Assembly (NCBI GenBank): GCA_030390025.1 | Contig: CM059433.1 | Coordinates: 30,506,001-30,570,000 of the forward strand | Origin: Squalus acanthias | Taxonomy: Eukaryota | Reading direction: 5' to 3' | DNA length: 64,000 bases | Shown here: positions 38,887-52,400 of the stretch, in pieces | Numbering within the stretch: position 1 is the first letter of the stretch | Layout: each line of letters starts with the position of its first letter | Made by a program: the position numbers and the translations under genes | Notes under the pieces: generated by a model | Seen by the model: only the letters and a program-made list of their open reading frames with translations | What the model was told of the DNA's origin: nothing | Database searches by the model: none

Positions 38887-39156
38887 CTTTTTCACAGAAG
38901 TGCCCAGCAAAATGTAGAGGGCAGTCACACTGTAAAGATGCAGCACCACTGGGCAACCAGATATCACGGCATGTGCCCCCATTCTGGCAAATGTCTCCTT
39001 GGCAGTTGGAGGTCTTTGGCGGTGGAAGTTGCGTGGTCATTGCTGGGAGGGCAGAGGTTAGCAACACTGGGAGCAACAAAGAGGTTGCATCATCCGCAAG
39101 GGCAGCCCCCGATGTTGCTGTTGAACCCGACAGCATCGCGCTGACCCCTGGGAAAT
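38887..39156 (-). CDS. EYS: EYS coding exon: Ser/Thr-rich linker plus EGF-like repeat (270 bp, phase 1 to phase 1)
   Basis: Minus strand reads (D)FPGVSAMLSG...CQGDICQNGGTCRDIWLPSGAASLQCDCPLHFAGHFCEK, matching my recollection of vertebrate EYS CQQDVCHNGGTC...SFQCDCPLHFTGRFCEK. Acceptor ttctaattctggtttcttgcag and donor G|gtaacg. The acceptor position is less certain than the donor. Confidence 0.9.
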
Positions 39157-39323
39157 CTGCAAGAAACCAGAATTAGAACAACTGTCAGCAGCAATACCAA
39201 TGTGGCAAAACCCTTGCCAGATCAATTCCTATGTTCCATAGAGAAGTTCATTGTGAGTGCGATTTAATCTCAACAAATCACCCTTGAGTTTTCATATATT
39301 CACGAAAATTAACAAATATAAGT

Positions 39324-39793
39324 AAGAAAGAAAGACTTCCATTTATATAGCGCATTTCATGACCACTGGACGTCCCAAAGCGCTTTACAGCCAATGAAGT
39401 ACTTTTGGAGTGTAGTCACTGTTGTAATGTAGGAAATGCGGCAGCCAATTTGCCCACAGCAAGTTCCCACAAACAGCAATGTGATAATGACCAGGTAAAC
39501 TGTTTTTGTTATGTTGACTGAGGGATAAATATTGGCCAGGACATTGGGGAGAACTCCCCTGCTCGTCTTCAAAATAGTGCCGTGGGATCTTTTACGTCCA
39601 CCTGATAGAGCAGACGTGGCCCTCAGTTTAATATCTCATCCGAAAGACGGCACCTCCGACAGTGCAGCACTCCCTCTGCACTGCATTGGAGTGTCAGCCT
39701 GGATTTATGTGCTCAAGTCCCTGGAGTGGGACTTTAACCCACAATCTTCTGACTCAGAGGCAAGTGTGCTACCCATTGAGGCATGGCTGACAC
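39324..39793 (-). mobile_element. Full-length SINE
   Basis: Collinear reverse complement of 10652-11119. Confidence 0.85.
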
Positions 39794-39939
39794 TGTACAG
39801 TGTACAGCAGAGAGACATTCTAGGTTCCCTCCTTCCCCTCTTCCTCCAGAAAAAACAACTGGAGGAAGAAGGAGGAAAAACTCTTTCTGGAGGAAGAGGA
39901 GAAGGAGAGAACCTAGAATCTCTGCTCTACACTCACTTT

Positions 39940-40580
39940 TATCATAGAATCTTATAGCGCAGAAGCAGATCATTCGGCCCATCGTGTCTGTGCCAGCTCT
40001 CTGGAAGAGCTAGTCCCACTTCCCTGCTCTGTCCCCATAGCCCTGTACTTTTCTCCCCTTCAAGATTTTATCCAATTCCCTTTTGAAAGTTACTATTGAA
40101 TCTGCTTCCTCCACAACTTTCAGGCAGTGCATTCCAGATCATAACAACTCGCTGCATAAAAATAAAAATCGCCCTCAACCTACCTCTGGTTCTTTTGCCA
40201 ATTATCTTAAATCTGTGTCCTCTGGTTACCGGCCCTTCAGCCAATGGGAACAGTTTCTCCCGACCTACTCTATCAAAACCCTTTATGATTTTGAATGCCT
40301 CTGTTAAATCTCCCCTTAACCTTCTCTGCTCGAAGGAGAATAATTCCAGCTTCTTCAGTCTCTCCACGTAACTGAAGTACCTCACCCCTGGTACCATTCT
40401 AGGAAATCTCCTCTGCACCCTCTCCAAGACTTTGACATCCTTCCTAAAGTGTGGAGCCCAGAATTGGACACAATACTCCAGCTGGGGCCTAACCAGTGTT
40501 TTATACAGGTTTAGCATCACTTTCTTGCTTTTGTACTTTATGCCTCTATTTATAAAGCCAAGGATCTCGTATGCTTTTTT
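39940..40580 (-). mobile_element. CR1 3' fragment
   Basis: LVRPQLEYCVQFWAP, RRLRGDL. Confidence 0.9.
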
Positions 40581-41029
40581 GATGTGAAGGGTGATGATAA
40601 TTAAGGGTACACAATGAAATCCAGCAAATACTAAATATAATTTAATTTTAGATTGTATACACTGTGACAGCTGCTACACAAATATAATGAACTGTAATTG
40701 CCACTATTAACTTTATTATCTGCTAGCTTTTTCTTTCATAGTAATTGAAATTTGGGCGATCTAAGCAACCCTTCCTTCTTACCAGGCTATTCCTCCACCA
40801 CTCGTTCAGATGTGGGTGTTAGGTATGTCTTAGCAGCAACTTCGTTAATGTTAACTATTCAAGCACATAGACTCAAAAGATTTATAGACCAAAATACTGC
40901 CAAAAGATTAAGATTAATAAAATGCTTCAGGATGGAAGTTCCTTTAACCCTCCTTTAAATATTTTGCACAAAAAGCAAGAAAAATATCTTTCTTTTCTTT
41001 CATAATGGTTTTTCTAAGCTTCTAGTGCT

Positions 41030-43290
41030 TTGTTTTTATTCATTCCTGGGATGTGGTGTCACTGGCAAGGTTAAAAAAAACATTTATTGCCCATCCCTAA
41101 TTGCCCTTGAGAAGGTGGTGGTGAGCTGCCTTCTTGGACCACTGCTGTCCATGTGGTGAAGATACTCCCACAGTGCTGTTAGGGAGGGAGTTCCAGTATT
41201 TTGAGCCAGCGACGATGTACAATCAGCAATATATTTCCCAGCCAGGATGGTGTGTGAGTTGGAGGGGAACTTGCAGGTGGTGTTTCCATGTGACTGCTGC
41301 CCTTGTCCTTCTAGGAGGCAGAGGTCGCGGGTTTGGGAGATGCTGTCGAAGAAGCTTTTAAAGTTGCTACAGTGCATCTTGTAGATGGTACATGCTGCAG
41401 CCACAGTGCACCGGTGGTGGAGGGAGTGAATGTTTAAGGTGGTGGATGGGGTGCCAATCAGGTGGGCTGCTTTGTCCTGGATGATGTCGAGCTTCTTGAG
41501 TGTTGTTGGAGCTGCACTCATGCAAGGCAAGTGGAGAGTATTCCATCACACTCCTGACTTTTTAAAAATTATTTGTTCATGGGATGTGACCTCCAACAAC
41601 CACAAACATATTCCTTTGTGCTAGGTATGACTCCAAGCACAGGAGAGTTTTCCCCAATTCCCATTGACTTCAATTTTAAAAGGGCTCCTTGATGCCACAC
41701 TCGGTCAAATGGTGCCTTGATGCCAAGGACAGTCACTCTCACCTCTCCTCCAGAATTCAGCTCTTTGTTCATGTTTGGACCAAGGCTGTAATGAGCTCTG
41801 GAGCCGAGTGGTCCTGGCAGAACACAAACTGAGCATTGGCGAGCACGTGCCACTTAATAGCACTGTCGATGACACCTTGCATCATGTTGCTGATGATTAA
41901 GAATAGGCTGATGGGGCAATAATTCACCGGATTGAATTTGTCCTGCTTTTTGTGGACAGGACATACCTGGGCAGTTTTCCACATTGTCGGGTAGATGCCA
42001 GTGTTATAGCTGTACTGGAACAGCTTGGTTAGAGGCGCGGCTAGTTCTGGAGCACAAGTCTTCAGCACGACAGCTGGGATGTTGTCGCGGCCCACAGCCT
42101 TTGCTGTCTCCAGTGCGCTCAGCCACTTCTTGATATCATGTGGAGTGAATTGAATTGACTTAAGACTGGCTTCTGTGATGGTGGGGACCTCAGGAGGAGG
42201 CCGATATGGATCATCCACTTGGCACTTCTGGCTGAAGATGGTTGCAAACGCTTCAGCATTGTCTTTTGCACTCATGTGCTGGGCTCCGCCATCATTGAGG
42301 ATGGGAATGCTCATGAAGCCTACTCCTTCAGTTAGTTGTTTAATTGTCCTGCACCATTCACGACTGGATGTGGCAGGACTGCCTTTCTTTGATCTGATCC
42401 ATTGATTGCTTAACTCTGTCTATAGCATGCTGCTTCCACTTTTTAGCATGCATGTAGTCTGGTGTTGTAGTGTCACCAGGTTGGCACCTCATTTTTAGCT
42501 ATGCCTGATGCTGCTCCTGTCCACTCCTCATTGAACCAGGGTTGGTCCCCTGGCTTGATGGTAATGGTAGAGTGAGGGATATGCCGGGCCATGAGGTTAC
42601 AGATTGTGGTGGAATACAATTCTGCTGCTGCTGATGGTCCACAGTGCCTCATGGATGCCCAGTTTTGAGCTGCACGATTTGGTCTGAATCTTTCCCATTT
42701 AGCACGGTGGTAGTGCCACCCACCACGATGGAAGGTGCCCTCAGTGTGAAGACAGGACTTCATCTCCACAAGGACTGTGTGGTGGTCACTCCTACTAATA
42801 CTGTCATGGACAGATAGATTAGTGAGGATGAGATCAAGTAGGTTTTTCCCTTGTGTTGCTTCTGTCACAGGTCAAGTCTGGCAGCTATGTCCTTCAGGAC
42901 TTGGCCAGCTCGGTCAGCAGTGGGGCTACTGAGCTACATTGATGGACATTGAAGTCACCCACCCAGAATACATTCAGTGCTCAGTGTGTTCAACATGGAT
43001 GAGTACTGATTCATCAGCTGAGGGAGGGCGATAAGTGATAATCAGCAGGAGGTTTCCTTGCCCATGTTTGGCCTGATGCCATGAGACTTCTGGTGGATCT
43101 GTCCTGCTGGTGTGACAGGACATACCCAGGGATAGTGATGAAGGAGTCTGGGATGTTTTTTGAGAAGTATGATTCTGTGAGTACGACTATGTCAGGCTGT
43201 TGCTTGACTAGTCTGTGGGACAGCTTGCCCAATATTGGCACAATTCCCCAGATGTTAGTGAGGAGGATTTTGCAGATTAACTGGGATGGG
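41030..43290 (-). mobile_element. Degenerate LINE of a second CR1-group family (APE + RT remnants, multiple deletions)
   Basis: QPDIVVLTES (APE), LLDLILTN, CAPELAAPL.KLFQYSYNTG.YPTMWK, NYCPISL, and C-terminal IHSLHHR; short pieces of the same family at 43470-43670, 43900-43990 and 50855-51083. Confidence 0.85.
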
Positions 43291-46200
43291 TGTGCCTATT
43301 ACTTATACTAGCTTTTTATTCCAGATATATTTAATTAACTGAATTTAAATTCCCCAGCTGCACTGGTGGGATTTGATCTCATATCTCCGGATCATTAGTC
43401 CAGTAACATAACCACTATGCTACCGTGCCCTTGATCCAGACATGGATCCAAGAACTGAATGTCAGAGGAGAAGTGAGAATAACTTACCTCGACATCAAGG
43501 CAGCATTTAACCCATTATGGCCCCAAGGAGCTGAGCAAAATTAACGTCAATGGGAATTGAGGGTTGAAGCCCTCCAATGGCTGGAGTCATGCCTAATACA
43601 CAGGATGAAGGCTGTGATTGACAGAGGCCAATCATCTCAGCCACAGGATATCACTGCAGGAGCACTTCCTTGGCCCAACTATTGGTCCACATTTCACAAG
43701 CTTGCAATAAGTATCTTGGTTTCAGAAATTGAGCAGTTAGGAAGAACTATAATTCAAGAAATATGGCAGATTGAAGATTCCAGTTTAACTAAGCAGGATT
43801 TTGCTCGTGTTAAAGTGCAGTCTCATCTGAAAGAATCTTACAGCACAGAAGGAGGCCATTCAGCCCACTGTGCCAGGTCTTTGAAAGAGCTATCAATTTT
43901 CTTTTATTTATTCATTCACGGGATGTGGGCATTGCTGGCAAGGCCAGCATTTATTGCCCATCCCTAATTGCCCTTGAGAAGGTGGTGATGAGTTCTGGAG
44001 ATTGAGTGGCTGATTTGACTTGAGTACGTGGTGTACTACAGTAACTATGTTCACTCGATAAACAGGTCGCTGCTGCTCAGCTGGGTGAAACGTTGAAATT
44101 AACAAAGAAACCGTTTCAAGGGATGATTCATACCTTCTGTTAGTTGGTATAGAATTCAAGGTCAATTGAGTCCATGCAATGCCACAAGGTTTGAAATGGC
44201 TGAGTACAGCAGGATTGCTCCAGGTACAAACACTTCATGGAATCATAGAATAGTACAGCATAGAAGGAGGCTATTCGGCCCATCGTGTTTGCGCCGGCAC
44301 TTGCACAGAGCAATCCAGTAAGTCCCACTTCCCTGCTCTTTTCCCATATCCCAGGTACTTGGATGATGCTGCCTTCTAATGGCTGTGTAGCTTTCTTCCA
44401 ACTGCTTTATCTGTCAACTGGCTATGTAACCGATGAGCAAGTTCCAGGGTCTCTTGAGCATTTGTTTTCAACACAATAAGTCTTTGCTTTGTGAACTGTC
44501 ACTGGGACTCTTTGTTTGGAACAAAAAAATATTGAAGAAAAGTCACAAGTCCCCTTTACACTCTTCATGATTGAAGAACAATGCACAATCACAAATCACA
44601 TTTATCTTTCCCCTGATTCCAGAGATCAGACAACACCTTCATCAGATGGAGAAGTAATGGCTGAGATCTGCACAAGTGGTCATTAGAAGCATCCTTCAAA
44701 GTCCTACACACAATTAAACTGTACAGATGACACAATGAAAGGTAATATTGAAAGACCCAAACTTGAGCAAGTAACACAAACATCCTGATGTACACTATAT
44801 ACCAAAATCACACAGGCAGAAGCATTGACCCGCTTCAAATAAATGAGTGCACTAAAATAGCAGAGAATGGAATTTAAACATCATATGCTAGATGCAATTT
44901 CAGGGTCATATACTGTACACTGAAATGCATATCACATTACACACTATACACAGTTTTACTGAATATTTATTTACTTGTTAAATGTATATCTCACACAGTG
45001 TGGGATAGAAACTATTCCAGTGCTCTCCTGGCGGATTTCCTGTCCTCCACCCTCTGTAAACTTCAGTCATTCAAAACTCTGCTGCCCATATCATATCCTG
45101 CACAAAGTCCCACTTGCTCCTTATCCTTGTCCTTAACAGACCTACGAAGCCTCAAATGTAAAACTCTCATCGTTGTGCTTAAATCCCTCCAGGGCCTCAC
45201 CCTTTCCTATCTCTGTAACCTCATCCAGTCCCCCCAATCTCACTGTTCTCCTGACCCTAACCTCTTGTGTATCTCATAGAATAATATAGCACAGGAGGCC
45301 CTTCATGCCTGTGCCAGCTCTTTGAAAGAGCTGTCCAATTAGTCTCATTCCCTGGCCCTTTCCTCATAGCCCAGCAAATTTTCCACCGTCAAGTATTTAT
45401 CTAATTCCCTTTTAAAGTTGTTATTGAATCTGCTTCCACCACCCTTTCTGGCAGTGCATTCCAGATCATAAAAACTCCTCCTCCTTTCCCTCCACCATTG
45501 ATGATTTGTACAAAGAATGGAAATGCTCTGGTTCCGATGTAACACCAACAAGGTTCTACAAATTTGAATGCCATGTCCTAACTACATGGTTTATCTGGAG
45601 AAATTGTGCAGACCCTCTGATGTGGACAGATATAGTCACTACTACCAAAGTATAATTATCATAATTACGCTCTCTCTCTCTCTCTTGCTCATCAAGCCAG
45701 GAAGATCTGAACAGACTGCTCACCAATGTTGGCGATGTTGTACTTACAGAAACACGGAGTAGATTCAGATCGAAGTAGATCACCACCGTGATCTTTGGTA
45801 CACATTAAAAGCAAGAACAATGTAGGGAACGAAACATTGACCTCACACAAATTTTGTTGACCTCTCTAAAAGCATTTGACATAGCCAACAGACCTGGAAT
45901 GTGAAACGCTGTCCAAGTTTGGCTGCCTGGAAACCATTGACAATGTTGCAGGATGGTATGGGAACAAAAAATGTCACACTTGTGCAGTCAGGGATGCTGT
46001 ACTTAGATTAGAGCGCAGGTACATTGTTAGACACAGTGCAGGGACCTTTACTTTGCACTTTACCTGCAATATCTGAACTGGGAGCACTTGATACTAACAC
46101 TAGGTGCTGAAAATCTTCCATTTACCAGCAGTAGCATTCTTCATTTTGATGAGAAGAAAATTCACAAAGACAAAAGGATTAAAAGGCATGAAATAGGGAT

Positions 46201-46569
46201 GTAAAGCATCGTATTGGGGATAAGCAGAAGGCTTTCAAAAAGAAATTCTGCAGGGCTTTCTCTTGATCTCCCCCTGGAACTTTGATAGAAGATGGGTGGA
46301 ACACCAGAAATAAGGCGGGAATGACCATTTTCAGACATTTATGTCCTTTCGTTGGGGGTTGCATAGTCTCCCGTCAAAGTTGCAGTGGTAGATTACATAG
46401 AATTTACAGCATAGAAACAGGCCATTTGGCCCAACTGGTCTGTGCCGGTGTTTATGCTCCACATGAGCCTCCCCCCACCCTGCTTCATCTAACCCTATCA
46501 GCATAGCCATCTATTCCTTTCTCTCTCATGTACTTATCTAGCTTCCCCTTAAATGCATCTCCCATTAGA

Positions 46570-47380
46570 TTGGGAGAAAGTCTGTGGATTTTCAGGGTTA
46601 ATGGATCTAATAGGCTAGAGGATTTGGATGAATTATAAAGGAAAGCAAAAGCAAGTTAAAAGGCAATAAGGCAAGTCCAGAGAAATGTTCTTGGAACGAC
46701 AGGGAAGATCTCAAGTACTAATGGGTTTGCCATAAAAGGTCAAAGAAAGAATTAGGGTCACTTCTAAATCCTAGTGGGGAGCTAGAAAGTAGAACAACAA
46801 ATAGCAAAGTTATTAAATGGTTATCTCACATCTATCATTAGGAAGAGGATGGAAAGTGACCTACAATATAAGATTTCCTGGAGATAAAGGGACAGAAATT
46901 AATGCCTCTCTAACTGACATTTATGTAAATTCATTAAACTCAGACAGAAATGTTGGGGATTGGAAAGTTATCCAAATAAGGGTCCAGAGATACATCTGGA
47001 AACTAGAAACCAGTTGCAAGGACAGTCTTTGAAATTATTTTGAGAAATCTAGTGGGAGAACATTTGGATAAAGCGTAACTTGTTAAAGGACTGTCAGCAT
47101 GGATTCAGGAAAGAGAAGTCATGTTTAATTAACCTGCTGGATTTATTATGGACATGCTGAGCAGGGGAATGCAGCAGAGATTATACATTGGGTTTCTTAG
47201 AAGTTTTTGACGAGTTTGCACATTGGTAATTAAAATGGCCAAGGTAAGGAGTCACAGATTAGGAAGTAAAGTTCTGTGCTCGATAGAAAATCGAATTAAA
47301 AACCATAATTGGAACCTTTCAGGCTGAACTAAAATTACAAATATTGTACACTGGGGTCAATCTTGGACCATGGCTTTTTT
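46570..47380 (+). mobile_element. Old, heavily mutated CR1 ORF2 fragment
   Basis: cagcatggattcaggaaagagaagtcatgtttaattaacctg = QHGFRKEKSCLINL. Confidence 0.65.
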
Positions 47381-47475
47381 TAGTATATAATCAGCAACTC
47401 TCCTATGGCATTGCTCACAGTGAGTCTGTGGTTGCATTGTTTGGTAACGTTGGCCCACAAAGCACCAGCTTTACA

Positions 47476-48027
47476 TGTGTTAGCCATGGCTCAGTGGTAA
47501 CATTCTCGCCTCTGAGTCAGAAGGCAGTAGGTTTGAGCCCCACTCCAGAGACTTGATCACATAATCTAGGTTGACACTCCAGTGCCATACTGAGGAGCCT
47601 CTCACGACCTCATGATGTCCCAAAACACTTTCGAGCCAATGAAGTACTTTTGAAGTGTAGCCACTGTAGGAAAAACAGGAGCCAGTTTGCACACAGCAAG
47701 GTCCCACAAATAGCAATGTGATAATGACCAGATGGATCTATTTCAGTGATGTTGGTTGAGGGATAAATATTGTCCAGGACACTGGGGAGAATACTGCTGC
47801 TCTTCTTCAAAATAGTGCCATGTGATCTATTACATCCACCTGAGCGAGCAGACGGGGCCTCGGTTTAATGTCCCATCCGAAAGACGTCACCTTTAATAGT
47901 GCAGCACTCCCTCAGTACTGCTGATAGTGTCAGCCTAGATTTTGTGCTCAATTCTTTGGAGTGGGACTTGAACTGACGATCTTTTGAATCACAGGCGAGA
48001 TGCTACCCACTGAGCCACAGCTGACAC
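47476..48027. mobile_element. SINE head (+47476-47597) fused to an inverted near-full SINE (-47600-48027)
   Basis: tRNA-like heads at both outer ends. Confidence 0.8.
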
Positions 48028-48269
48028 TTTCTGAAGGATTTAGATCTTTCAAGAATGACCAATGATGGCCAAGGCAATTCAATGTAGATAACTGTCAACT
48101 AATTAGGACAGGAGCAAGGAAGCAGGAAAAAAGTCTATGCTAAGTGGTGCTGATCAGGGAAGCATCCAGTAGATTATAACGGATAAATCTATGAAACAGC
48201 CAGAACAGTGCTTAGCTATTGTAAAAAAAAAGTAAACATGATAAAAACATTTTTAAAAGGTTGTCTTTT

Positions 48270-49460
48270 AACTTGTCTTTGATGAGATAACAGAGAGGGT
48301 TGATGAGGGTAATGCAGTTGACGTTTGACAAAGTGCCACATAATAGACTTGCCAGCAAAGTTGAAGCCGATGGAATAAAAGGGACAGTGGCAGCATGGAT
48401 ATGGAATTGGCTAAGTGATAGGAAACAGAGTGTAGTGGTGAATGGTTGTTTTTCGGATTGGAGGAAGGTATACAGTGGTGTTCACCAGGGGTCGGTACTA
48501 GGACCACTGCTTTTCTTGATGTATATTAATGACTTGGATGTGGGTGTACAGGGCACAATTTCAAAATTTGCAGATGACACAAAACTTGGAAGTATAGTGA
48601 ACAGTGAGGAGGAGAGTGATAGACTTCAGGAAGACATTGAGAGGCTGGTGAAATGGGCGGACACGTGGCAGATGAAATTTAACGCCGAAAAGTGTGAAGT
48701 GATACATTTTGGTAGAAAGAATGAGGAGAGGACATATAAACTACAATCCTGAAGGGGGTGCACGAACAGAGAGACCTGGGGATATGTGTGCACAAATCGT
48801 TGAACGTGGCAGGGCAGGTTGAAAAAGCGGTTAAAAAGGCTTATGGGGATCCTGGGCTTCATAAGTAGAGGTATAGAGTACAAAAATATGGAAATTATGA
48901 TGAACCTGTATAAAACACTGGTTCGGCCCCAACTGAAGTACTGTATCCAATTCTGGGCACCACACTTTAGGAAGGATGTGAAGGCCTTAGAGAGGGTGCA
49001 GAAAAGATTTACAAGAATTATTCCAGAAATGATAGACTGGAGAAGCTGGGGTTGTTCTCCTTGGAGCAGAGAAGAGTAGAGGAGATTTGATAGAGGTGTT
49101 CAAAATCCTGAGGGGTCTGGACAGAGTAGATAGAGGGAAACTGTTCCCATTGGTGGAAGGGTTGAGAACCAGAGGACACAGATTTAAGGTGATTGGCAAA
49201 AAAAACAAAGGCGATGTAAGAAAAAACTTTTTTACGCAGCGAGTGGTTAAGATCTGGAATGCACTGCCTGAAAGGGTGGTGGAGGCAGATTCAATCACGG
49301 CTTTCAAAAGGGAGTTGGATAAGTACCTGAAGGAAAGAAATTTGCAGGGCTACGGGGAAAGGGCGGGGGAGTGGGACTAGCTGAAGTGCTCTTGCAGAGA
49401 GCCGGCACGGGCTCGACGGGCCGAATGGTCTTCTTCCGTGCTGTAACCATTCTATGATTC
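48270..49460 (+). mobile_element. CR1 RT 3' fragment
   Basis: FDKVPH, QGSVLGP, FADD, 3' UTR with (attctatg) tail. Confidence 0.92.
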
Positions 49461-52400
49461 TAACTGTATGAAGCACTGGTTGGCCCCTATCTGAAGTACT
49501 GTTGGGTCACCCAATCATTGAACATAGGAATTGCCGGATGAAAATAGACCAAGGTCCATCTAGCTCGCCTTCTACCATCATGATAGTCGCATGATACGAT
49601 GATAATGGAGTTGTTGACTAATCATACCAATCGATCTCTATCAATTAGTCTACAAGAGAACCAGACATGAGGTGAGGAAAACCCCAGTGGGGGAGAACGT
49701 TGGGAACCAGAGGTCCAAAGTCACCTGTTACTCCCAAGCACGCTACACTGACCACATGTCATGTCTCAAATTACTCCAATGCTGTATCCTAGAAAGGTTA
49801 TTATAGCTCTTCAGAGGGTATAAGGTGAGCAACATAGATGATTCAATGTAGAAGAAATTTAAGTCATGAGGAAAGGTTAAGGAGGTGGAGCTTCTTTGCT
49901 TTGGACAAGAGGAGACTGTGGGGTGATGCATTGAAAGTTTGAGATTATGAATGGAATTCACAATATTAATCTTGGCAAATTGTTCATTGCGATGAAAAGT
50001 TTAAATACCAGACAATGTAAGTTAAAAATGAGGGAATTCGATGTACAAAAGGATGAGAGAATTGCAGAGTTAATTACCAGCGAAGATCATTGAAGAAGGG
50101 AGGGTTCAAGAGACAATTAGATGTGTTTTTGGAAAGAGAAGGGATTGAAGCATATGACCAGAAGATAAATAGGTAATCTATCATCTTCTTAAGCCTTTTG
50201 ACCTTTTCCTATTTTTGCTCCTGTTCTTATGACAGTATCTCAAATACTGGTGTTTTCACAGTTTCAGAGCAGCCTCAAAATAATACGCAATTCCCACACC
50301 TTCAACCGAAAACAAATCAAGGAAGGAAAAATTCACATGCACTGATAATTAAATACAAAAGGTATATCCTATGGGACCTTGGAAGTTGGTATACAATTAA
50401 CAATCTTCTTGTAGCAAACTGCTTCAGTGAGGTGCACTTTATGTAGGATGTGGCTGTGTTTAGTCTGACTTTTCAACGTGAAGTAGGTTGTGCTGGTTAT
50501 ATGGTGGTTGAGAAGGCATTTGATTGTGATACCATCTCTCCATGTCTCTCCTGCCTTCACCAGTATTGGAGTTTACAGGTGCAAGTCTGTTATTTAGTTT
50601 TTAGTACGTTTTTGCAGAAGTTTAGTTGATGGAAGAGAAATTCTACTTTGAGGTGACCATATTAGTAGCCAAGATCAACTGGACAGGTCTGTCACACTGC
50701 AGACTACCATGACGTAATTCAATACAGATCTCAGAAAAAAAATGTAAACGTTGTTTCTGAGGTATGCACAATTAGTGATAAGTTTATATTGTCACTTCAC
50801 TAATTGGATCACTGCAACATTGCACAACTCTACTCTCTTTTAAATGCATTCAAATTCATTTTTGGATGTGGGCATCGCTGGAAGGCCACCATGTAATTCC
50901 CACCCCTAATTGCCCTTGAGAAGGTGGTGGTGAGCCGCCTTCTTGAACCATTGCAGACCGTGTGGTGAATGTGCTCCCACAGTGCTGTTCGGTAGGAAGT
51001 TCCAAGATTTTGATCCAGTGATGATGAAGGAACAGCGATATATTTCCAAGTCAGGATGGTGTGCGACTTGGAGGGGAACTTGATATGCAAACAATTTTAC
51101 CTTTAAATCAAAATCCTTTTAAGATGCATATGTGCTGATCCTCATTTTTTGAAGTGAGCTTAAACTACTTTCCTGCTGCTCTTTAGTCATTAGAATGGGA
51201 TGGTCTTGATCAGCCAATTTTCGTTTGTTCATCCCCTTCAAGATGGCACTCCATGTTATTGGATACCACAAAAGTGCTGGGGAATAAGATACAAGCAAAA
51301 GATATTCTTTTACTTGCACAGGAATGGAATGGCATTGAGGAGATACTTTTGTCAAGTAAAAGTGGAGACAGCTAGCCTGACACTTCTCTTTGGACTGTTG
51401 TGCAAATAGACACTATCTCCGACACCACCTCCAGTTTCTCAATAATGAGACTTCCTCTCTCTCACTCTCTTTCTGAAGCAAGTCTAACTCATGCTGGATT
51501 AATTCTCAACCACCGAGATGTTCAAAAATGTATGTTTTAATTTTTGGTAAAATAATTTATAGAAAGCTGCTGCTCAAGCTCTAGGTTTCAGCGCTTGAGC
51601 AGCAGCTGAGGCACAGTCGAGGTACATTCCCATGAGGGGAAAAGGTAGGGCAACCAAAGCCAGAGCTCCCTGGGTGACAAAAGAGATAGAGAGTAAGATG
51701 AAGCAGAAAAAGGGGGCATATGACAGATGTCAGGTTGAGAATATAAGCGAGAACCAGGCTGAATATAGAAAGTTCAGAGGGGAAGTATAAATGGAAATAA
51801 GAGGGGCAAAGGGAGAGTATGAGAATAGATTGGCAGTTAACATAAGAGGGAATGCAAAAGTCTTCTATAGGCATATAAATAGTAAACAGGTAGTAAGAGG
51901 AGGGGTGGGGCCGATTAGAGACCAAAAACAGACCTACACATGGAGGCAGAGGGCATGGCTGAGGTACTAAATGAGTACTTTGCATCTGTCTTTACCAAGG
52001 AAAAAAATGCTGCCAAAGTCATAGCGAAAGAGGAGGTAGTTGAGATACTGGATGGGGTAAAAATTGATAAAGAGGAGGTACTAGAAAGGCTGGCTGTACT
52101 TAAAGTAGATAAGTCACCAGGACCGGATGGAATGCATCCTAGGATGCTGAGGGAAGTAAAGGTGGAAATTGCAGAGGTACTGACCATAATCTTCCAATCC
52201 TCCTTCAATACGGGTGTGGTGCCAGAGGACTGGAGAATTGCAAATGTTAAACCCTTGTTCAAAAAAGGGTGTAAGGATAAACCCAGCAACTACAGGCCAG
52301 TCAGTTTAACCTCGGTAGTGGGGAAGCTTTTAGAAACGATAATCTGGGACAAAATTAACAGTCACTTGGACAAGTGTGGACTAATTAAGGAAAGTCAGCA

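Noticed and set aside
51565..51607. Perfect 15-bp stem hairpin agctgctgctcaagc / gcttgagcagcagct
   Set aside because: Sits at the CR1 5' edge and reads like a CR1 ORF1 coiled-coil remnant (VSALEQQL); no independent support for function.
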